IMG/VR virus record: IMGVR_UViG_3300044471_000007 | Coordinates: 1-29,116 of that record | Strand: one strand, 5' to 3' | DNA from: a virus | Taxonomy: Duplodnaviria; Caudoviricetes | Length of the DNA: 29,116 bases | Part shown: positions 23,361-29,116 of the stretch, one piece after another | Position numbering within the stretch: the stretch's first letter is position 1 | Layout: every line of letters starts with the position of its first letter | The notes under the pieces: generated by a model | The model's input: the letters and a program-made list of their open reading frames with translations, nothing else | What the model was told of the DNA's origin: nothing | Database searches by the model: none | Position numbers and translations under genes: made by a program

Positions 23361-25291
23361 TGGACTTTTTTGCGGTAGGGAGTAACAGGAAAGACTCAAT
23401 CAAGGGGACAATCAGCCCTTCTGAAGGAGACAAAGCATTATGCGATCCTGGGGTCAATGAGTGTTCAAGTTTTCTTCTTGAATGCTTTAATAACAATATT
23501 CCTTCTGATGGTCTTTTTTCGAGGTTCGATGACCAGAAGAAAGCAGTCAATTTTTTAAATGGTCTTAACTCAACTCAGTTCTCCCCCGGAGTCGTGCGAC
23601 GGTTTGTAGAAGCTACAGGTTGCACAGTTGGGACAGAGTTACATGTATCTCATCCACCCGACATTTCAAATAAAAGGTTTGTCGAAGCATGGAAAATACC
23701 CTACCCGTCTGTTGAATTAACTCCTACAGTCCAATCGGTCAACACACCGGTGCTAGTGGCATCAGATAAGTTTGCATTGAAACCTCTTATTTACCCTGAA
23801 GAGGTGCAGAGTCTCACGATACCACCTGGAACCGGAGACTTTCTACTTTCCCCCTGGTTAGGTATCCAGATGTACAATAATGGAGAGAAGGTGATATTGT
23901 ATTCTAATGTTGCCGTTATTATATTAGAATGGGATGGGGTCGGGTACAGTCAGGTGCTATTGCATCAAACGGGGACAGTGTACAAGGCTTCAGTGTATAA
24001 CAATTCAGCTATAGTTACTTATAATGACGGCACCAATAAGATCGCGTTTTATGAGAAGGCCAGCTCATGGGCCTTATCAAATATGCTGTCTTGGTCTTAC
24101 TCACAAAGTGACGTAGCTCTTGATGGGTCATACATACTGGTAGGTGGGACTCAACAGGCAGGCATAACTCTTAATAAAAGCGATCTCTCTGTTTATCATA
24201 CCGCGTCAAACACTAACTATATTGCTACCATCCCCACTCAAGCATACAAGTATCCTGCTAGTCCTTCTGTAGTAGTAGGTTACGATACTGAGTATATCAC
24301 CGTAGGGGGCTACACGACTCAAAAGATAGTGTACACACAGTATTACACATCCTCTGAGAGTATGCGAATATTCTATAATGCGTATCTGCCAGAGGGCCAG
24401 ACAAACGTCAGATTCTACACTCCCATATTCCTCAGGCACCCTTACACGAATGACCCATATAGTGGTTTCGTGATGAGGACTTCTCAGGGAGAGTTGTTTA
24501 CATACGACTACCTTTATAACGGGTATTCCGCTCCCCTTGGCATCAGGTTGCCAAATAATTACAGTGGGTACCTTTTTGACCAATACATGGTTGGGTTCTT
24601 CCTCCCCTCTACAAATGATTATAGAGTTCTTTGGGCCTATGGCAATAAAGAGCTTATTGACTTGTATAGTTATAACTCTGTGGTACATAAGAAGTTTGGT
24701 GGTGTATTTTTCCCCGTTAAGTACCCTTATTACCTGACTAACAACCTGGATGGGACATTGAAGTTATTACGTATTGTCCCCACGCATTATAACGAAATTG
24801 GGGATGGCGTACTTACTCTAAAGTTTGAGTGTCCAGAGCTTATTAGCTCTACAGAATCATTTGTTTCAGGGTATAACGAACTTGAGACATGCAAATTTTT
24901 AATCTCGGATGATGACGTAGTGTTCTGGAAGTGGGCCGCACCCAACTGGGTCGTCGAGTCAAACCCCCCATTGGGAAACAACATAGCCACTTTTACAGCC
25001 GGTTGTGAAGCAGGGTTTGCCCCGTTAAACAGTAAAGTGGTGTACATAAAAGTATTTCTCTCATCTGCGAGCAAGGATAACACTCCCTCCCTGGTTAGAT
25101 CAAATATTTCTTTAACTGTGAACTACCTGTCAAGATCAGGTAAAGCTGTGCTATGCGATGATTCGAGAGTTAGTATTAACTTTGAGAGTCCTACGAGCAC
25201 CAAGATAACCTCGCATGATCCGGGGGTGTATGCTATGGCAGGGGTAGTTACAGTCTTCGCCCCTCCTATTGACACCAACTTAGATGTGTGA
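23360..25291 (+). CDS. large beta-rich putative receptor-binding/tail protein
   Basis: 643 aa, Tyr-rich beta repeats; architecture parallels the upstream gene. Confidence 0.7.
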   Translation: MDFFAVGSNRKDSIKGTISPSEGDKALCDPGVNECSSFLLECFNNNIPSDGLFSRFDDQKKAVNFLNGLNSTQFSPGVVRRFVEATGCTVGTELHVSHPPDISNKRFVEAWKIPYPSVELTPTVQSVNTPVLVASDKFALKPLIYPEEVQSLTIPPGTGDFLLSPWLGIQMYNNGEKVILYSNVAVIILEWDGVGYSQVLLHQTGTVYKASVYNNSAIVTYNDGTNKIAFYEKASSWALSNMLSWSYSQSDVALDGSYILVGGTQQAGITLNKSDLSVYHTASNTNYIATIPTQAYKYPASPSVVVGYDTEYITVGGYTTQKIVYTQYYTSSESMRIFYNAYLPEGQTNVRFYTPIFLRHPYTNDPYSGFVMRTSQGELFTYDYLYNGYSAPLGIRLPNNYSGYLFDQYMVGFFLPSTNDYRVLWAYGNKELIDLYSYNSVVHKKFGGVFFPVKYPYYLTNNLDGTLKLLRIVPTHYNEIGDGVLTLKFECPELISSTESFVSGYNELETCKFLISDDDVVFWKWAAPNWVVESNPPLGNNIATFTAGCEAGFAPLNSKVVYIKVFLSSASKDNTPSLVRSNISLTVNYLSRSGKAVLCDDSRVSINFESPTSTKITSHDPGVYAMAGVVTVFAPPIDTNLDV

Positions 25292-26403
25292 TGTCAAGTA
25301 AGTTTGTAAATTCTCCTACGGGAGTATGGAAAGAGAGTAACAGTGCCGGAAGTATCTGGAAATGGGATACTCAAGGGTTCATCCCAAATACATCTACTCT
25401 GGTATTTCCTTTCTTACAGCTTGATGCCTATGACATCCTTATTATACACGCAGACGCAGAACTTACACTTGCACCCCTAGAACTTAGTGGTCAGTTATAC
25501 TATAACAAGATAAGCGCAGAACTACAGTTCCAGCCGTTAGAACTGGATAGTTTACTCCGAAGTGGAAACACAATAAGGGCTGATTTAGTCCTTCCGTTTA
25601 TTCGTCTGGAAGGCTACGGTACACAGATAGATAATTATGCCTTATTTGAATTTGAACCTTTAGAACTCGAAGGATACTCAGGAATGGAAGGCTCCCTTGT
25701 ACTAGAACCCCTAAGTCTCCAGAGTTTTGAGGCTTTGGACAATACTGGTAACATCACGTTAGAACCTCTTGAGTTAGAGGGTGGTGTTCGATTATCCAAC
25801 AATCATGGGAGGCTTATTCTCCCAAAACTTCTGATGGATGGATACTCTGGTGGCCGGGCCGAACTGGTACTCCTTAAAATGGAAGTAGAGGGTTACTCAC
25901 AAAATCCTATTTCTTGTCATGGAGTGCTACGCCTCCTCCACATGGAATGCTCGGCGACATTTGGTGGCAATGGAAGTCTGGAATTACTCCCCATCTTGTT
26001 AAACTCTACAATAGGGAACTCATGGTCTGTTGATGGACTTTTAACCTTACAACCCCTCTCCCTTAGTGCTACCATCAGTAACTCTCATCGGATTGATGGA
26101 GTGCTCGTGTTTGGCCCAATTACCCTTACAGGAAACCTCGATTACCAGGCACCTTTCAGTATTACTGGTCAACTTACGCTACCCCGGTTAGGTTTTAAGG
26201 GCTGCCTTTCTAAAGTCAGATCGGCCTATTCAGAGATCAACCTCCTCTCTTTGGTTGTTTCGGCTGAACTAAGCACACCTAACCCCTGCGCGGGTGAGAT
26301 AACTCTTGGACTACTCGACATGGAGAGTACGTTGTACCAAGGAGATTTAGGGTACGGAGTCTGCTTGCCTACTGAAACCTTTTTGTATAAGGACGAATTA
26401 TGA
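25288..26403 (+). CDS. repetitive structural protein (G/A-x-L-x-L-x-P-L-x-L-x-G repeats)
   Basis: Roughly 15 degenerate repeats such as AELTLAPLELSG, GSLVLEPLSLQS and GNITLEPLELEG. Confidence 0.75.
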   Translation: MMSSKFVNSPTGVWKESNSAGSIWKWDTQGFIPNTSTLVFPFLQLDAYDILIIHADAELTLAPLELSGQLYYNKISAELQFQPLELDSLLRSGNTIRADLVLPFIRLEGYGTQIDNYALFEFEPLELEGYSGMEGSLVLEPLSLQSFEALDNTGNITLEPLELEGGVRLSNNHGRLILPKLLMDGYSGGRAELVLLKMEVEGYSQNPISCHGVLRLLHMECSATFGGNGSLELLPILLNSTIGNSWSVDGLLTLQPLSLSATISNSHRIDGVLVFGPITLTGNLDYQAPFSITGQLTLPRLGFKGCLSKVRSAYSEINLLSLVVSAELSTPNPCAGEITLGLLDMESTLYQGDLGYGVCLPTETFLYKDEL

Positions 26404-26861
26404 ATTGTGCGTCTTTCGTTTTCAATGCTACTGGAAAGCAGACAAGCCAATTAAAGGGGTCTGCTTTTGAGTCCATGGCAGAATTATCAGACTCTACTTT
26501 CCTTGCAAATAAAAATGGGTTGTTCACCCTTACTGGAACACTGGACAACGGGGCTGTGATCCCATCAAAGATTAGATTAGCTAAAACGGATTTTGGTATC
26601 CAGAATGAAAAAAGGCTATACGCCTTATACATCTGGATGCAGATAAGTAAGCCCTTAACAATTGAGGTGCAGTCCGACGAGGTAACACACAAAGTTGATG
26701 TTCCCAGTGAGGACGTGTCCAGGGTCGTCCGTTATCGGGTTCGATTCCCCCGGACTCTGAAGGGCCGATACTTTACTATATCATTCTCTTCTCCCTCGGG
26801 GGTTTTCGTTCTTGACTCCATAGATGCCGAAGTAACTGTGCTGCACTCAGGACATGCTTGA
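26400..26861 (+). CDS. hypothetical tail protein
   Basis: TDFG...KRL...GRYF pattern resembles the C-terminal portion of podoviral nozzle proteins; coupled overlaps with neighbours. Confidence 0.7.
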   Translation: MNCASFVFNATGKQTSQLKGSAFESMAELSDSTFLANKNGLFTLTGTLDNGAVIPSKIRLAKTDFGIQNEKRLYALYIWMQISKPLTIEVQSDEVTHKVDVPSEDVSRVVRYRVRFPRTLKGRYFTISFSSPSGVFVLDSIDAEVTVLHSGHA

Positions 26862-27723
26862 TAAATTTGATATGCCGATCAGGATTTCGGCCATTGACTA
26901 TGTTGGGACATATAATGAAAACGCTGCGGTGTACAGGGGCCGCGCTCTTTCGGAATTAAAAATCCTTTATTCTCAAATGCAGTTCCAGTCTCTAACGCAG
27001 TATAAGAGGACTGTGAATATCGGAGATAACGTAGTAATTGAATGCCATATTTCCTTTGGAGCCGCCTTCGCCACTATAACTGTAGGCGCAGGAGGTGGGC
27101 ATGTCAGCAGAGAAAAAGAGTGCTTCTGTTCCACTTTTGGTATAGCCGCTGGGCGCATCGTAACCTTAAAAGATGAAATACCTGAGTACGAATCAATTGT
27201 ACTATGCTACCCTGAAGATGGTTCGTACAGAGCGGATGTTCATATCTGTCAGCAAGCAGCCCAAGGGAACCCACGACTTGTTGAGACTGCGGATGTCTAT
27301 GAGTCCGCAGGTAAAAGCAGCAGGAGCGGCACAAGATCACAGAATATAGATTTCTCCGTCAACAGCGTAATCTTGAACGTTCCTTACACTGACAGATATA
27401 AGCATGAGCCGGGGGATGAGGTGCTAGTCCTTGTGGCTCCTCTGGTTCTATACGAACCAGAGGGGGTACAGGTCGCTATGTATGGAGGGACTTATCAGCA
27501 AAGGAATGGTGCATGGAGTCCTGAGATAAACAAGAGAAGAATAGTTTCAGGATTCTACACAAAAGCTGAAAAAGAAACTGATGCCCCTATCAGCACAAGC
27601 TATGAAAAATCTTCAGGATTAACAGGTGCCATTATGAAAGACAGAGCATTATGGAAAGATGATACTAAGTTTTGCCCCTTTAGGATTCTCCCTTTATCCG
27701 TTCCTTCTTGCTTCTCCTTCTGA
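26854..27723 (+). CDS. hypothetical protein (tail region)
   Basis: 289 aa, overlapping start; contains GRIVTL and GDEVLVL, suggestive of OB-fold strands. Confidence 0.7.
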   Translation: MLDKFDMPIRISAIDYVGTYNENAAVYRGRALSELKILYSQMQFQSLTQYKRTVNIGDNVVIECHISFGAAFATITVGAGGGHVSREKECFCSTFGIAAGRIVTLKDEIPEYESIVLCYPEDGSYRADVHICQQAAQGNPRLVETADVYESAGKSSRSGTRSQNIDFSVNSVILNVPYTDRYKHEPGDEVLVLVAPLVLYEPEGVQVAMYGGTYQQRNGAWSPEINKRRIVSGFYTKAEKETDAPISTSYEKSSGLTGAIMKDRALWKDDTKFCPFRILPLSVPSCFSF

Positions 27724-27725
27724 AA

Positions 27726-28832
27726 ATGGCCTTTACACCAATACAAGTTTATTACCTCAATAGGTTAAACATTATAAGGGAGAACCCCAGTGGTTATGCA
27801 ACCTCCCTGGGTATTGATTTGAATGAAGGTCTCGCTCCCGGCACTATTTCTATAGACCCTAAACCTCCTTTGAGACTGGAAACTCTTCTTACATCAATGG
27901 CTGATGCTCATTCACAGGAGATGCTTGATCTTGACTTCTATAGCCATGTTTCACCTACCACTGGAGGAACCTTAGACAGGTACGATAACTCTGCTTATAA
28001 CTACATTGCTTATGGAGAGAACCTGGGCATCGTCCCCTCCGATAGTGTTTTAGATCAGTATTACGCTGCAAACCTTATGATTGAAGCTCTCTTCATTGAT
28101 GATGGGGTAGTTGGTCGAGGGCATAGAACGACCATGCTTAACCCTTCTTATCGGGACTTTGGAGTGGGTCATAAGATCGGAGAATGGAGCGGATTCACTA
28201 ACACACATATCCTGTCAATGGAGTTTGGCCTTAGCTCTGATTCAACAACAGATGTCATTGGTTTCGTCTTAGAGGATCAAAACTCCAATGGGTTCTTTGA
28301 TACCGGCGAGGGCATAAGTGGCATTGAAGTAGAGGCGTTTAATTCAGAAAACCTTTCAATGGGGTCAGTTTTCAGTGATACCAATGGCTACTATGACTTC
28401 CCCTTGATTGCTGGTACCTATACGCTAAAAGCATACACCCCAGATCACAGCGTAGAGCAAGTCGTCGTCTTAACCACAGAAAATCAGTATATGCCTTTAT
28501 TCTGGGATTCTGTAGAGACTGAAGCCCCAGTAGTTTCATTCTCTGCTAATAAAACTGACTTTATAGCAAATCTTCCGTACACGAGTTTGCTAAACCCAGT
28601 GAATGTTGATAGCAGTGTAAGTACAAACCCACTGGTGCTTACTTGGGCCGTTGAGAAAGCCAATAGAGTTACAATCGGAAAATCTAATGTTGGCTTTTCA
28701 GGGACATTGACCTTAGAAGAATTCTCGGCCCTTTCATTCGTTCTTGAAGCCTATGGCCCCGCCGGGTACACTAAATCAACCATAAACCTGACTCCCAGGT
28801 TGTTCCAGAAGTTTAATTCGGTATTCTCATGA
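27726..28832 (+). CDS. CAP (SCP/Tpx-1/Ag5/PR-1) domain protein with C-terminal SdrD-B/Cna-like Ig domains
   Basis: Start likely ATG 27726. LN..R, A..HSQEM...FYSH, GENL, GHRTTMLNP.Y...GVG (CAP motifs); G.V.EDQNSNGFFDTGEGISG...DTNGYY.F.L.AGTY (SdrD-B-like). Confidence 0.88.
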   Translation: MAFTPIQVYYLNRLNIIRENPSGYATSLGIDLNEGLAPGTISIDPKPPLRLETLLTSMADAHSQEMLDLDFYSHVSPTTGGTLDRYDNSAYNYIAYGENLGIVPSDSVLDQYYAANLMIEALFIDDGVVGRGHRTTMLNPSYRDFGVGHKIGEWSGFTNTHILSMEFGLSSDSTTDVIGFVLEDQNSNGFFDTGEGISGIEVEAFNSENLSMGSVFSDTNGYYDFPLIAGTYTLKAYTPDHSVEQVVVLTTENQYMPLFWDSVETEAPVVSFSANKTDFIANLPYTSLLNPVNVDSSVSTNPLVLTWAVEKANRVTIGKSNVGFSGTLTLEEFSALSFVLEAYGPAGYTKSTINLTPRLFQKFNSVFS

Positions 28833-29116
28833 CTACATCAATCTTTGGAAACCATGTCATCTTTGGGCCTTCTAACGGTCGTCGGATGATTATAAACTAC
28901 CCTCCAGGCATGTATGTCAGGATAGCAGAGGTTATCCGGGTATCTTTCTCTTCAAGAGAGCTAGATATAAGGTTTCTCGACGGGGCTGTTGATGACTTGT
29001 CAATATACCGTGCAGAAGCCCTTTTTGGCAGTTATGCTATTCCAGTTATAACCGAGGGTTCCACGAGTTACATAGAATGCCCATCACCTTCTGCTGCGGT
29101 GATCGGAAAAGGTGAT
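28829..29116 (+). CDS. hypothetical protein, N-terminal 96 aa (runs off the window edge)
   Basis: ATGA overlap with the CAP gene; open to the window end: MTTSIFGNHVIFGPSNGRRMIINYPPG...YIECPSPSAAVIGKGD. Confidence 0.7.
   Translation, partial: MTTSIFGNHVIFGPSNGRRMIINYPPGMYVRIAEVIRVSFSSRELDIRFLDGAVDDLSIYRAEALFGSYAIPVITEGSTSYIECPSPSAAVIGKGD

Noticed and set aside
10908-27340. Numerous minus-strand ORFs within the late operon
   Set aside because: Antisense shadows fully overlapping well-supported plus-strand genes.

Overview
Fragment of a tailed dsDNA phage (Caudoviricetes) genome. The P22-like portal, N4-gp56-type major capsid protein and lack of a tape measure or sheath gene in the window suggest a podovirus-like virion. 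The host is probably Gram-negative, since the window has lipoprotein genes and sigma54/IHF-type sites (inference). There are two divergent arms. The left arm (1-8513, minus strand) is the early/replication region. It holds a DUF2800 Cas4-like nuclease (partial), a prim-pol/PriCT-2/VirE primase-helicase, Cys-rich proteins and a 3-4 member paralog family ('LPEPQL...W..W..GEDR..AA...Q..DL..LI') with expanded tandem repeats. It also has a ~540 bp non-coding region with a long inverted repeat (probable origin). The control region (8514-9339) has four tandem sigma70 promoters, a complete sigma54 promoter with IHF and enhancer-like palindromes, a 38-bp tandem repeat plus G-tract, and three TTCCA-N5-TGGAA palindromes before a late promoter. 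The right arm (9340-29116, plus strand) is the late operon: putative TerS, then a translationally coupled 4-gene insert (micro-lipoprotein, membrane coiled-coil, DUF2252 kinase-like protein, lipoprotein), then TerL, portal, scaffold, capsid, head-tail and tail/adhesin genes including a CAP/SCP-domain protein. All product calls come from motif recognition by eye; no database searches were run.
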